Below, piece after piece: positions 44,915 to 55,416 of a stretch of 64,000 nt of DNA. The position numbers and the translations under genes were made by a program. The notes beneath the pieces were generated by a model. It did no database searches. It had not been told where the DNA came from and saw only the letters and a list, made by a program, of their open reading frames with translations. Source of the stretch: Escherichia phage vB_EcoM_PTE-Eco09; sequence record PQ306574.1. One strand, written 5' to 3'. The stretch's first letter is position 1. Each line of letters starts with the position of its first letter.

Positions 44915-45972
44915 TATAATTGACTCCCAAATACAGTACCACGGGAAAGAGTAAGAATCTCCCTGAACGATACTTCCAAAACAAAAGTGCTCGGTAAATT
45001 AGGAGATATTGCAAGCCCACCAAATTTACCATCTGGGGATTTATCAAGTCTTACGTTAGAAATTTGCGCTGGTCCGAAAACATCACTTCTTCCCTCATAT
45101 TCAGAACGTTTTCCAAAGTTTGATATCATCCATATAGTAGGATTCGATACAGTGGTTACGTTTGTCAAAAAGTCAGTTATTCCCTCAAATACAGTACCCG
45201 TTGTATCAGCACCTTCTGGAACCGTTTTAGAAAGAATTGTCTTTTTATACCATGCGTCAACTTCCGCTTTTAATTGTTTTGCGGTACTGGAAATACCACT
45301 AGACCCATAAGATAACTCTACAAACGTCTCATAGATAATCAGGATATTTCGTAGGTCTTCAATACTGCGTGGGGTTAAGTTCCAAACATAGTTTTTAGTT
45401 CTAGGATCTGCCCCAGCATACATGCTACGAGCGGTATTATAGATTTGCTCGTTTTTATCCGCAAGATAACCACCCGTCAAACTTTCCAACCCACCAAATA
45501 CTGCGGTCGATGCCATAGTAGATAATGCGCCAGAAATAGTGCCACCGCCACGCGTAACGAGAGATTCACCAACATCATTAAACTTGTGACTTACCGCATC
45601 AACATCTGATTGACTACGAGGAAGTAGAATATTAGCAACGGCCTCACGTTCAAATCCAACTCCCCTATTACTCGTATATTCTGCCTTACCACCATTAGAA
45701 ATAGATAGACCAAACCCCTTGATCGTGTTTCCTTTATTTCTGAAATCTCGTAGAGAGTCGGTAACACGACTTTTATAATCATAGGCAGTAAACAACAAGC
45801 CGTTATTATAAAGGTCATTTATGTATATACCAGATGAATCATTGCCGCTAGCTCGTTCAGATGGAAATTGAGCGGTTAAAGTTGACTTGTCTTGTTTTTG
45901 AGTAAAACCAGCAGACGCTTTGACGCCTTTGTTAAAGGCGTCTTTAGCATCATCCAAAATTTGAATTTTCAT
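44914..45972 (-). CDS. 48: baseplate tail-tube cap gp48
   Basis: 352 aa; synteny and size. Confidence 0.65.
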   Translation of the reverse strand: MKIQILDDAKDAFNKGVKASAGFTQKQDKSTLTAQFPSERASGNDSSGIYINDLYNNGLLFTAYDYKSRVTDSLRDFRNKGNTIKGFGLSISNGGKAEYTSNRGVGFEREAVANILLPRSQSDVDAVSHKFNDVGESLVTRGGGTISGALSTMASTAVFGGLESLTGGYLADKNEQIYNTARSMYAGADPRTKNYVWNLTPRSIEDLRNILIIYETFVELSYGSSGISSTAKQLKAEVDAWYKKTILSKTVPEGADTTGTVFEGITDFLTNVTTVSNPTIWMISNFGKRSEYEGRSDVFGPAQISNVRLDKSPDGKFGGLAISPNLPSTFVLEVSFREILTLSRGTVFGSQL

Positions 45973-45973
45973 A

Positions 45974-47659
45974 TTAAACTATTCCTTTCTGTAATAGACC
46001 GGGAGAAGGTGTACTAGTTTGAGGTCTGGTTATCTGAACCGTTCTATTATTGTTATAGATCTGCGTGTTTGCAACGTTGGCAGTATTAGTAACAGTATTA
46101 TCGTTTCTAATATTTTGTAGCTGACCTTGTTCTATAGACTTAGCTTGTTTTGCTGTATCGGTTTCATCCGGTGGCGGTGGAGTAACAGCAGGTGCGTTCT
46201 TAGTAATACGAATCTTGTCGTATTGGTCAAGAAGTTCTTTAATTTTCTGTCTGTCTGTAGAAAGAAGGTCTGGATTGTCCAACACTTTACGCTGTTCATT
46301 AACATCATTATCAAGCGCAGCTAATTTATCTGGAAGAGTACCCGGTTTTACGGTCTTTAACATAGAGATATTTCGAACCATGTCACCCTCAACGTCAATA
46401 GTGATATTGCTACTCTTTCTATAGGCATCATCACTAACAGATTTTAGCTCTTTCATCCTAGTAACTTCATATTTTTCCTGTTCAGTTAAAATAGGCTCTA
46501 CTTGCATACTTGCCATACTGCTATATTGCTGATTAGCAAGTTTTGCTTGAGTCTGCATACCTTTCTGAATTTCTTCTTCTTTCTTCATACGGGCGTACAA
46601 CTCTTTTTCTCGTTCATCCATTTTAACACCGCTACGCGCTTGTGCTTGTTTTAAAGCACCATATTCCAGAGTATCAGCCAACGAACCCATACCAGGAATA
46701 GAACGAAGTACCGACGCAAGACCTTTAGTTATTATTCTATCAAGCTGAAAAAACGCATCAACCAACACATCAGCCAAACCACTAACAAGCTCGGTTACAA
46801 GTTCACCATATTCTTTATTTTCCCAATAGTTTTGTATACTTTCAACGGAAGTTAAAACTTTATCTAATGTAGAACCCCAATTTCCTGCCTTCCTCATAAA
46901 CTCGCCAAAGTTCTCGTCAAACTGCTTACTCCAGTATCTAAAATGAATCATTAGAGTATCAACAGCAACAACGATCCCCAGAAGAATAGCTCCCCATTTG
47001 ACAACCTCAAACATTGCGGTCACCGTCATTTTAAACAGCATAGAGAATATCTTGTTGGATACACCAACAGTCTCTTTAAATCCACCGCGAACCGCTTTGA
47101 GTAGCAGTTGCATATTATTGTCACGGTCGCTATTCTTATCTTTCTTTTTCTTTTTATTATCGTCTTTAGGCTTCTTAGGTAACGTAGGGTAGTTATCGTT
47201 ATTTTGTTGTTCCGGTACACTCGGCAAAACTGGTTGCGGTGATGGCATAGTTTGTTCCGGCTGTTTATCATCCTTGATGGCATTTTCGATTGCATCGAGA
47301 CCACTGGTGATCTTAGAAACGACGCTGAATCGACGTTCCATCATGACACCAAAACCGCGTAATTTCTCATTCATTTGAGAAGAAAAGCTATTCAACTTCT
47401 GCAATTCTTCATAGGTTTTTTGAGTATTGCCAGCGGTAGATTGTGTGTTTTCTGCCGTTAATTCGTTGGCTGCGGTGTTATCCTCCACCGCTCCAATAAC
47501 TTCATTAGATTTTTGTTCTACTGTCTCCGCCACCAATTCACTTGCAGCTTGAAGATTATCAATAGAATCAAGTTTATCTAATTTGTTAAGTTTATCAATC
47601 GGGTTTTCTTCCGCTTCCTTGCGCATCCCGCGAAATGATGTTAATGCGTCATTATTCAT
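45974..47659 (-). CDS. 29: baseplate hub subunit gp29
   Basis: 561 aa; internal TM segment and low-complexity Lys-rich stretch; synteny and size. Confidence 0.65.
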   Translation of the reverse strand: MNNDALTSFRGMRKEAEENPIDKLNKLDKLDSIDNLQAASELVAETVEQKSNEVIGAVEDNTAANELTAENTQSTAGNTQKTYEELQKLNSFSSQMNEKLRGFGVMMERRFSVVSKITSGLDAIENAIKDDKQPEQTMPSPQPVLPSVPEQQNNDNYPTLPKKPKDDNKKKKKDKNSDRDNNMQLLLKAVRGGFKETVGVSNKIFSMLFKMTVTAMFEVVKWGAILLGIVVAVDTLMIHFRYWSKQFDENFGEFMRKAGNWGSTLDKVLTSVESIQNYWENKEYGELVTELVSGLADVLVDAFFQLDRIITKGLASVLRSIPGMGSLADTLEYGALKQAQARSGVKMDEREKELYARMKKEEEIQKGMQTQAKLANQQYSSMASMQVEPILTEQEKYEVTRMKELKSVSDDAYRKSSNITIDVEGDMVRNISMLKTVKPGTLPDKLAALDNDVNEQRKVLDNPDLLSTDRQKIKELLDQYDKIRITKNAPAVTPPPPDETDTAKQAKSIEQGQLQNIRNDNTVTNTANVANTQIYNNNRTVQITRPQTSTPSPGLLQKGIV

Positions 47660-48177
47660 GATAGGAGATCCAATATGTTAATGCCACCATAGATAGTACC
47701 TTCTGGAGTATCTAAGGCAACGGTTTTTCTTAATCCTGTAGCCCAATTCATAATAAACGCTGGGAATTTATGAAAGTCTACACTAGGATCGTGATAGTGA
47801 TTGCTTAGGAAATTTGCATCATCATGTGTATATTCAGAAGAGAGCATAGGAGGCGTGAACTTGAATTTCTCGCCATTAAATTCAAACTCCGATTCTGTAC
47901 AGATATAAACATCATCCAATCGCAAACCATCTTTTTCTTCTAGGCATTTGCCATTAAAAGAGCATAAGTGAAGCATAACATATTCTGCTTCGGCTGCATT
48001 TAGTCCTGGGTGAATGGAATCAAGTAGAATTTTTAAAGTATCTTCACAGCTACGAACATCTTTTAATAATCTGTGCTGTTTGATCCCCATTTTAGGGATC
48101 TTGATATGTTTCCCGTTAACGGTAATATTTTTAACAGGAACAACAAATTTTAGAGATGGTTTAGTATCAGTCATCAT
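47656..48177 (-). CDS. 28: baseplate hub distal subunit gp28
   Basis: 173 aa; synteny and size. Confidence 0.6.
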   Translation of the reverse strand: MMTDTKPSLKFVVPVKNITVNGKHIKIPKMGIKQHRLLKDVRSCEDTLKILLDSIHPGLNAAEAEYVMLHLCSFNGKCLEEKDGLRLDDVYICTESEFEFNGEKFKFTPPMLSSEYTHDDANFLSNHYHDPSVDFHKFPAFIMNWATGLRKTVALDTPEGTIYGGINILDLLS

Positions 48178-49283
48178 ATTTTACCTTCAAATTGTACATC
48201 TTTCAAAATCTCACTATGACTAAACATGTGAATATGTGTTAATGATTGTTCTCGACAAATTTCATGAACAACTTCATCGACAATAAAATCGGTGCGAATT
48301 TGCTGTTTAGCATCAAAGAATCTTAGCTTTTGTGCTGGACGTAGAGAGAAATTACCATGACACACCGCGCTGGCATAGGAATCAAATTGTCCAAAAGTTG
48401 CCAGTTTAGAACCTTCAAGATACGCGTTTTTATATGTCAAATTACCATAAGCGCCACCATGAGCAAAATGAGCTATGTTATCACCATTACCCACTACAAT
48501 CTTGTTATACTGCTTCGTGATGAAATCAATTGTTGTGTAAGTGACATTAGCGAATGAGTTTTTTGTTACCGCATTACTCTTAGTATCCCACTCAAAGTTA
48601 AACACCATCAAATATTCGCTCATATCCATGAATTGTCCTGTTAGGGTAGGCTCGGTGACGATAGCAGGAATTGGATCACCCTGCATCAGTAGTTTATGAT
48701 CGGTGATCTTGATCCCGTCAAAGTCCTCCCAACAATAAACGAACGATTCGTTGTCTACACTCTGACCATGCGTTCTCACATATTCAAAATAATCGTTAAC
48801 GGTGTTCACCCACGGACACTTAGGAATGAATACGTTTACTCCCGTAATGGCAGGTTTCCACAATGGAACATTTTTATAGATCGCGTCTATCATACTGGTG
48901 ATGTTATTCACCGCGTTAGTGTCGGTAGCGCGAGAAAACTTTAGATTCAGCGTTTCATGGTAGCTCTTTAACTGGAAGGTTATTATATTATCGGCCTTAG
49001 AGTCAACCGTCACATTACTATGCGCGATACCATATATCCGGTTGAATACTTGTTCAGTATTAGCCGTTGATAATGAAATTTGTATAATCTCTGTTCCTGC
49101 TAATTTCGTATGAAGCGCCTTAGAATCATATATTTGTAACAATCCTTCATTGACACCACGAAGAGAATCACGTAATGTCATTGTAATGAAGGTAGCACCC
49201 AATTCAACAAATCTATTTTCCAAAAATGCTTCATAATCTTGATATAGCTTTATAGAGACGTTAGGAAATCCGGGTCTTTGCAT
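48174..49283 (-). CDS. 27: baseplate hub subunit gp27
   Basis: 369 aa; synteny and size. Confidence 0.65.
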   Translation of the reverse strand: MQRPGFPNVSIKLYQDYEAFLENRFVELGATFITMTLRDSLRGVNEGLLQIYDSKALHTKLAGTEIIQISLSTANTEQVFNRIYGIAHSNVTVDSKADNIITFQLKSYHETLNLKFSRATDTNAVNNITSMIDAIYKNVPLWKPAITGVNVFIPKCPWVNTVNDYFEYVRTHGQSVDNESFVYCWEDFDGIKITDHKLLMQGDPIPAIVTEPTLTGQFMDMSEYLMVFNFEWDTKSNAVTKNSFANVTYTTIDFITKQYNKIVVGNGDNIAHFAHGGAYGNLTYKNAYLEGSKLATFGQFDSYASAVCHGNFSLRPAQKLRFFDAKQQIRTDFIVDEVVHEICREQSLTHIHMFSHSEILKDVQFEGKI

Positions 49284-50034
49284 TATTTGCCTCTTTAACG
49301 TCTTTTTCTACTAATGTTAGGGCGATATTTCTTTCTACTGGCAACATATCCATTAGATCACCAAACGAATAACTACTTTTCACAAGCAGATGATTAATCC
49401 TATAAAAAGTAAAAAGCTCATCTGGATTAAGGATTAGTTTATATAACCCCAACAAATCGGTATATCTTAATTCGTGTGTATCACAGCATTTGATCTTCTG
49501 CTCAATCAAAATGGTGTGCATTTTCTTTACTATGGTTTCAAATTCTGAGAAGGATATCGAATCTATAACCTGATCGCGCACTTCCTCCGGCAATTCGGTC
49601 CATGCATACTCATTATCACCATCAGAAACGCTCTCAATCGCTTCTAGAAACGTTTTTGCGTAGTCGGTTGATGGTTTCACATACTTAAACTTAATTTTAA
49701 GTCCAGCCGTTTCTAGGACGATTGGTTGCAGTGCCGGAACAGCAAGGTTTAACAATATTCGCTTTTCCTTACCGCAGGTCGGACACTTAAAAGAAAGTGG
49801 TAATTTTGTTTTACCTATTGAGCTAGTAAAAACGTTCAGGAAAATATATTCTCGGAATATCGGGTCCACATCAGGGTATAATTCCTCCAACAATTCATCT
49901 AGAATCAATTGTTCCTCCGATGGATTGCCCTTCATATCAGCCGAAACTAAAAGAAAATCACGATAATCTTTTACAGTGAATGGCTTAAAACGTTTAGCCC
50001 CGCCATCTGGCATTTTAATTCGTATAACATTCAT
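49261..50034 (-). CDS. 51: baseplate hub assembly protein gp51
   Basis: 257 aa; synteny and size. Confidence 0.6.
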   Translation of the reverse strand: MNVIRIKMPDGGAKRFKPFTVKDYRDFLLVSADMKGNPSEEQLILDELLEELYPDVDPIFREYIFLNVFTSSIGKTKLPLSFKCPTCGKEKRILLNLAVPALQPIVLETAGLKIKFKYVKPSTDYAKTFLEAIESVSDGDNEYAWTELPEEVRDQVIDSISFSEFETIVKKMHTILIEQKIKCCDTHELRYTDLLGLYKLILNPDELFTFYRINHLLVKSSYSFGDLMDMLPVERNIALTLVEKDVKEANNAKTRIS

Positions 50035-50054
50035 AATACAATCCCCCTTTCGGG

Positions 50055-50062
50055 TATTTATA
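50055..50062 (-). promoter_or_regulatory. T4-type late promoter (TATAAATA) for gene 51 block
   Basis: TATAAATA on minus strand about 21 nt upstream of gene 51 ATG, in divergent region with gene 26. Confidence 0.5.
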
Positions 50063-50103
50063 AAATACTAAATAATTTCTATGTATCATAAGAGGTGTAT
50101 ACT

Positions 50104-50733
50104 ATGCAACATATTTTCAAGATTAAGTTAGGTGATAAGACGATCACCGCTAGAGCATTCACCTATGAAGAATTTCAGAAACTAGTAGAATATAAGAGCA
50201 CCGGACGTCTTAAGGAAGCGGTATTAGACATTATCAATGATTGCACAGGAATTAACGCATTAGAGTTAGAGAAATGCGAGGCTGAATACCTATTCCTTAT
50301 GCTATGGTGTCATAGCCTAGCAAAAGAAAATTTCAAATCTACGTGGGTGTGTGGAGTATGTAACAAAGAGAAAGAATATAATCTTAATGTTGAACGGACA
50401 CAGATCCCAGACACAGAACCATATCTGTTAGATTTAGGAGGGGTTAAAATCAAATTCCGTCCTCCGCGTTTTACAGAAGATGACGATATCATGCAGATGG
50501 TAATTGCTTGTATTGATTATATTGTCATTGATAATCAGGAATTTGATATTCATGACCTAAACGAACAAGACTTCGACACCATACTAAGTATGTTGACAAC
50601 AGAACACGTAGAGACTATCATCGATGAATTGACAGGTCCACAAATCACACTGGCAGTACCGATCAAGTGTGATTGCGGGGAGTCCGGTATTCATTCGATC
50701 AGGGGTCTTAATGAATTTCTGACGATCCTTTGA
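50104..50733 (+). CDS. 26: baseplate hub subunit gp26
   Basis: About 209 aa; synteny and size; start at ATG. Confidence 0.6.
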   Translation: MQHIFKIKLGDKTITARAFTYEEFQKLVEYKSTGRLKEAVLDIINDCTGINALELEKCEAEYLFLMLWCHSLAKENFKSTWVCGVCNKEKEYNLNVERTQIPDTEPYLLDLGGVKIKFRPPRFTEDDDIMQMVIACIDYIVIDNQEFDIHDLNEQDFDTILSMLTTEHVETIIDELTGPQITLAVPIKCDCGESGIHSIRGLNEFLTIL

Positions 50734-50740
50734 GGTAGTT

Positions 50741-51127
50741 ATGACAACAGTTAACCAGATGTACACTGACTTAAACCTAGAGTTTAAGCTAGCATGGAAC
50801 AACGATATTAAAAAGAACACAGGGATTAAAGCGATTAAAGATTCCATATTGCTGATCATAACCACGGCTAAGGGATCTCGCCCGTTTGATCCGAACTTTG
50901 GATGCGATCTAAACCGCGCACTATTCGAAAACATCAACCCATTGACTGTGGATACCTTGTCTAAGAACATAACCGAATCGATAAGAAACTACGAACCACG
51001 AGTAAAAAGGCTTGACGTAGACGTCACTCCGCAGTATGATGAGAACTCGATTATAGTAACGGTTTATTTTTCTGTTATAGACAATCCAGATGAGTTAGAA
51101 CAACTTAGAGTTAGATTGTCTAAATGA
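50741..51127 (+). CDS. 25: baseplate wedge protein gp25 (GPW family)
   Basis: 128 aa; GPW/gp25-like pattern; T4 gp25 size. Confidence 0.75.
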   Translation: MTTVNQMYTDLNLEFKLAWNNDIKKNTGIKAIKDSILLIITTAKGSRPFDPNFGCDLNRALFENINPLTVDTLSKNITESIRNYEPRVKRLDVDVTPQYDENSIIVTVYFSVIDNPDELEQLRVRLSK

Positions 51128-51142
51128 TTGAGGTGTTTTATT

Positions 51143-51550
51143 ATGGATCTGAATGAACTAAAAGACCAGCTTGACGCTGACGTCAAGATCGACGCAACAA
51201 AGCTACAATGGGAAGCACTTAATAACCCTGTAGTTTACTCTAAATGGCTGCGTGTGTATAGTGAAGCAAAGCGCGAGATCATTGCGCTGGAAGCAAAGAA
51301 AAAGAAAGCCACAAAAAATAAACTTGACTTTTACACTAATCGTAGTGATGAATGGTGTAGAGTGGAGTACGCCACATCAGAATTGAAAGTTGTGATGGCG
51401 GCAGATGATGATATCCTACCATTGGATACAAAAATTGCTTATTATCAAATGGTTATGGATTTTGCTGGCAAGGCTCTTGATATAATCAAATCACGAGGAT
51501 TCGCGATCAAGAATGCTATAGAGTTGCGTATGCTTGAGTCTGGAAAGTAA
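51143..51550 (+). CDS. uvsY: recombination mediator UvsY
   Basis: About 135 aa helical protein right after gene 25 as in T4; start at ATG MDLNELK. Confidence 0.65.
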   Translation: MDLNELKDQLDADVKIDATKLQWEALNNPVVYSKWLRVYSEAKREIIALEAKKKKATKNKLDFYTNRSDEWCRVEYATSELKVVMAADDDILPLDTKIAYYQMVMDFAGKALDIIKSRGFAIKNAIELRMLESGK

Positions 51551-51580
51551 GACACTAAATATATGCAGGAGGAAGGATTT

Positions 51581-51754
51581 ATGACTTGTATTTGTGCTGT
51601 ATGTAAACAGCCAATCGAAATGGCGTTGGCTGTTAAAATCGAAAATCATGTTGTTCATCCGGGATATTGCGAAGAATTTGCAAGCCGGAATCATTTGAGC
51701 GAATCAAGTGCAGAAGAACAAGAACAACTGGTAGAAACTACTTTGATTCTCTAA
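51581..51754 (+). CDS. small Cys-containing protein (57 aa), position of T4 uvsY.-1/-2
   Basis: SD GGAGGAAGG then ATG; MTCICAVCKQP…. Confidence 0.45.
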   Translation: MTCICAVCKQPIEMALAVKIENHVVHPGYCEEFASRNHLSESSAEEQEQLVETTLIL

Positions 51755-51792
51755 AGGAATTTGTTGATAACCGATTTTAATTGGTTTATTTC

Positions 51793-51817
51793 GCCCCATC
51801 AATGATGGGGCTTTTTT
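51793..51817 (+). terminator. rho-independent terminator
   Basis: CCCCATC-AAT-GATGGGG followed by TTTTTT. Confidence 0.6.
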
Positions 51818-51832
51818 GTATCCGATGATTTA

Positions 51833-52069
51833 TTAAAAATCCTCTTCCGGCTCCTCTTCCGGCTCATTTTCACTCTCTAACTGTTTTCTTCGACCTGCGA
51901 TTGCATCACGAATAGAGATATCATCTGACGGTTTGAGATCGGTCTCTTTCTTGCGCTTTTCATAATATTTTTCAAGCTCGTCCAAACCTTCCATAGTATT
52001 ACAAGAATAGATTTTATTCATGAAACCATCAATAACCGCCTCGGCTAAGAATCGTTTAAAACTAATCAT
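51833..52069 (-). CDS. small acidic protein in the position of T4 UvsW.1
   Basis: 78 aa ORF directly downstream of uvsW on the same strand. Confidence 0.5.
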   Translation of the reverse strand: MISFKRFLAEAVIDGFMNKIYSCNTMEGLDELEKYYEKRKKETDLKPSDDISIRDAIAGRRKQLESENEPEEEPEEDF

Positions 52070-52111
52070 TTTTAATCTCCGTAAAAATAAGGGGCATACA
52101 GCCCCTATTTA

Positions 52112-53668
52112 TTAAATTTCGATTGTTTTGGTTGAATAATCGAATTTATCTTCGTTGTACACTCGAACCCTTTCTATGCCGTGCTTAGTTGCGTAATTGA
52201 GATGACTATATTGCTTCTTAGCGGTCTTACTCTTTGTCTTTATACCCAACAAATCAATAATATCCCATACATAAGCAATATCCTTAGAACCATGCTTACG
52301 CAATGCACGACCAATACTTTGACGAACAATAGTAGACTCTTTGACAGGATGACCGAAAATTACATGGTGTAAGTTCTTGATAGAAACGCCAGTAGAGAAA
52401 ACGCCGTAGGAGGCGACGCAAATGATCCCGGTCTCTCCTTCCGCTAATTTTTTGAACTCGTCTCGTTCCGCAGTCTTAACCCCACCATCAATGTAGTAAA
52501 CCTTATCATGTACCTTCTGTAAGGCTTCATACATCATTTTTCCGTGTTTAGTGTTGCGAAACATTAAAAAGACGTTTTCGTTCTTCTTAGCGAGTTTTAG
52601 TGCCAAATTACACACAAACTTATTCCGTCTGCCGTGTGAAGTTATATATTTGATCTCTTCCGCGTATTCTTTCCCCTTAATAGCCGCGCATTCATCATCA
52701 GCATATTTTAGGAATAGACAGTTGATTTTCAGTTTTGTAACTTGTCCTTCATCCATAAGACGATCAATACTTACGATCCTAGATATATCTCCAAACAATC
52801 CAACGTATTGCAAAGCATTACACTTACCCTCACGAGGTGAACCAGTCATACCAATCTTAAATTGGCAATGAGTCATATCATTTACAATATTTTGAAGGTT
52901 TTTAGCGGTTGCTTTGTGACATTCATCGACAATAACCATTCCGTATTGCTGGAACCACTCTTTAGGCATCTTACATGCAGATTGCCAAGTTGAAACAGTT
53001 ATCAATCGTTCCCCCGGATGTTTTTGGCTACCACTCATCATTGTATGGATAGCCTCAAAAGGGAATAGCCTATAATCAATGAAGTCATCACGCATCTGGA
53101 GAACAAGAGAAGTAGTTGGAACAATGATTAACACCTTTCCCTCGTAGTTTTCCAGATACCATCGAGATAATAAACAAGCAATCAAACTTTTACCAGCAGA
53201 AGTAGGCAAAACTAACATTCTACGACGATTATGTATACCCTGAAATACAGCTTCACTTTGATACCAGTGAGGGGTGATCTTATTAGCGCCAGAATATATC
53301 GCCAACGAACCGATCCAACTGTCAATGTCTTCTTTAGTGATTTTCTCCTTTTCCAGAAGACGGGGATCAATCCAAACAGAATAGCTCATATTCTTAGCAA
53401 AGATACCCAAAGTTTTGATCAGTCCGATAGGAAGAGTGTTTTCATAGGTAAATAGCCGGATTCGCCCATCCCATTGCCCGTAGCGATAACGAGGATTAAA
53501 TCTTGCACCTTCAATCTCAAAAGAAAAATAGTCTCGTAGTTCCATAGATATTGAATCAGAGCATTCAATTTTAACAAAACTATAATTCATAAAATGCACA
53601 TGAATATCTTGCATCACATCACCTTTTAACAAGTTTTCCAAGAACAAAACCATCAGGAGGGGTGTCAC
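52112..53668 (-). CDS. uvsW: SF2 DNA helicase UvsW
   Basis: 518 aa; Walker A (LPTSAGKS), DExH (VDECH), helicase C-terminal motifs; T4 UvsW size and neighbourhood. Confidence 0.8.
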   Translation of the reverse strand: MTPLLMVLFLENLLKGDVMQDIHVHFMNYSFVKIECSDSISMELRDYFSFEIEGARFNPRYRYGQWDGRIRLFTYENTLPIGLIKTLGIFAKNMSYSVWIDPRLLEKEKITKEDIDSWIGSLAIYSGANKITPHWYQSEAVFQGIHNRRRMLVLPTSAGKSLIACLLSRWYLENYEGKVLIIVPTTSLVLQMRDDFIDYRLFPFEAIHTMMSGSQKHPGERLITVSTWQSACKMPKEWFQQYGMVIVDECHKATAKNLQNIVNDMTHCQFKIGMTGSPREGKCNALQYVGLFGDISRIVSIDRLMDEGQVTKLKINCLFLKYADDECAAIKGKEYAEEIKYITSHGRRNKFVCNLALKLAKKNENVFLMFRNTKHGKMMYEALQKVHDKVYYIDGGVKTAERDEFKKLAEGETGIICVASYGVFSTGVSIKNLHHVIFGHPVKESTIVRQSIGRALRKHGSKDIAYVWDIIDLLGIKTKSKTAKKQYSHLNYATKHGIERVRVYNEDKFDYSTKTIEI

Positions 53669-54350
53669 CGCGTTTCACGACCTTATTAACTACCCCGTTG
53701 TTATACCACTTACTACCAGTATGAAAATCGTTAAGCCTTGCTACACGCTCGGCGAGAGCACCGGACTCACGATCCTTTTGGACTTGTCTTAGACACATTT
53801 CCCTGTTAGCGGCTTTGCGTTCCTCCGTCCATTCTATATGGTCCCACCCAACATGTAAATTACCCTTGACGAATCCGTCAGGTGGAGTTTCTCCATCTCG
53901 AACTCGTATAGATTTAACACCGTCGTTGTACCATGTGCTGCCGGAAACACTATCTCGCATACCTACTATTGCTTTTTTTAGTTTTCCAGTTTTCATATCA
54001 CGTTCTACGCGCTCTTTGGCAGAAGAAGACATTTTAGCGCGTACAGAGTCTGAGTATACCTGGTCTCCGTCATAACGACCGCCAGTAACTACATTATAAT
54101 AATTGGGATCTTTTACAATGTCAACAGTGACAAGTTCTTTTTCGTATAGGTAAGCATCTTGCTCGGTATCAAACATTTTTAATATGCGCTTCTCGAAGTT
54201 CTCAATGCCATATTTTTCAAATGCAGCACGAAGAAGGTCACCAGACCCCATATATCCATCATGCATATTGTTAGTAGAATGTTTACCTATATACAATTTG
54301 CCGTTTACAAGATTCTTTATCTCATAAACATAATGAAATCTTTTAGCCAT
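53619..54350 (-). CDS. GIY-YIG homing endonuclease (Seg-like) with two C-terminal DNA-binding repeats
   Basis: N-terminal YVYEIKNLVNGKLYIGKH; two ~30-aa repeats (WYNDGV…RDGETPPDGFVKG); 3' end overlaps uvsW start. Confidence 0.7.
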   Translation of the reverse strand: MAKRFHYVYEIKNLVNGKLYIGKHSTNNMHDGYMGSGDLLRAAFEKYGIENFEKRILKMFDTEQDAYLYEKELVTVDIVKDPNYYNVVTGGRYDGDQVYSDSVRAKMSSSAKERVERDMKTGKLKKAIVGMRDSVSGSTWYNDGVKSIRVRDGETPPDGFVKGNLHVGWDHIEWTEERKAANREMCLRQVQKDRESGALAERVARLNDFHTGSKWYNNGVVNKVVKRGDTPPDGFVLGKLVKR

Positions 54351-54422
54351 AGTAAAAATCTCCGTATGCAATAAATACAGTATACAAATATTTATACAAA
54401 CACCCCCAATCAGGAGAATAAC

Positions 54423-55151
54423 ATGTTTGATAAAGAATATTTCGAAGAACTCCGCGCTATTGCGGCGTCCGACGACAAAGAATCACAGAAAGCCACTAAA
54501 ACAGAATTAGCGGACTACGCAAAACAATTTGATATAAAGGTCAAAAAGACGCTCTCGCTAGAGAACATGATCGAGTTCGTAGAAACAGAATTAACTAAAC
54601 TGGCTTCCGAAATGGAAGAAGAAACTCCGGCAGAAGGAACCAGTATTAACGATCTTATTCTGGCAGCAGACACCGCAGATGATAAAGTGGTATTCGACGA
54701 AGTTGATCCGTCTCTGGTTGAAGCAATGAAAGAACCAGAACAAAAAGAAGAACCAATTACAATTGAAGTTGTAGAAGAAGCCAAACCACACACAGTACCA
54801 GTTACAATTGAAGTTGTAGATGTACCGGAAGTTAAAGTGGAATCTCCGGTAGCCAACCTTTTCTCTGACGAAGCAGATCATCGTTCCCCAGCACATGACA
54901 CTGATTCATTTTGCGATCTTACTGGCTTCCGTCCGACCATTTGCTTGATCGGTGGCGGTCGTGGTTACTACTCCTGCCCGTGGTGGATTTTCGACTGGAT
55001 CGTTAATACTCCAGATTGGAAGAAGTATCCAGAGCGTTTCCCGCACGCGTATGTACACGACACCCTCAAGTCACTGATCTATTATATCAAACGCGATGGG
55101 TCTGTCAAGGTGCGAGAGACTAAACATAGCCAATTCCACACACTCAAGTAA
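54423..55151 (+). CDS. hypothetical protein with acidic repeat-containing N-terminus and Hoc-C-terminus-like tail (position of T4 inh)
   Basis: Repeated PITIEVVEEAK / PVTIEVVDVPE; C-terminal CPWWIFDWIV resembles WWVFDEIV block in the next ORF. Confidence 0.35.
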   Translation: MFDKEYFEELRAIAASDDKESQKATKTELADYAKQFDIKVKKTLSLENMIEFVETELTKLASEMEEETPAEGTSINDLILAADTADDKVVFDEVDPSLVEAMKEPEQKEEPITIEVVEEAKPHTVPVTIEVVDVPEVKVESPVANLFSDEADHRSPAHDTDSFCDLTGFRPTICLIGGGRGYYSCPWWIFDWIVNTPDWKKYPERFPHAYVHDTLKSLIYYIKRDGSVKVRETKHSQFHTLK

Positions 55152-55416
55152 TTTTTGGGTGATAAAAGTTGTGAAATATTTGTTATAATTTTAATTGTAG
55201 TTCCGTTATGCAATTAAAAAGAGGATACTACATGTCTAACAAAATCAATGTATTACATCAAACAGAACAAATACCCAGACGAGATCGATACTATTTCGGC
55301 CTCGTTGCATCACTATTCTAATACTCATGTATTGGAATCTCGCAATGGTTATCTGGTTGATGGCAATCAACTATTTCAATTAATTAAATTCGGATTTTCT
55401 ATGGGAGTGGCTTTAT

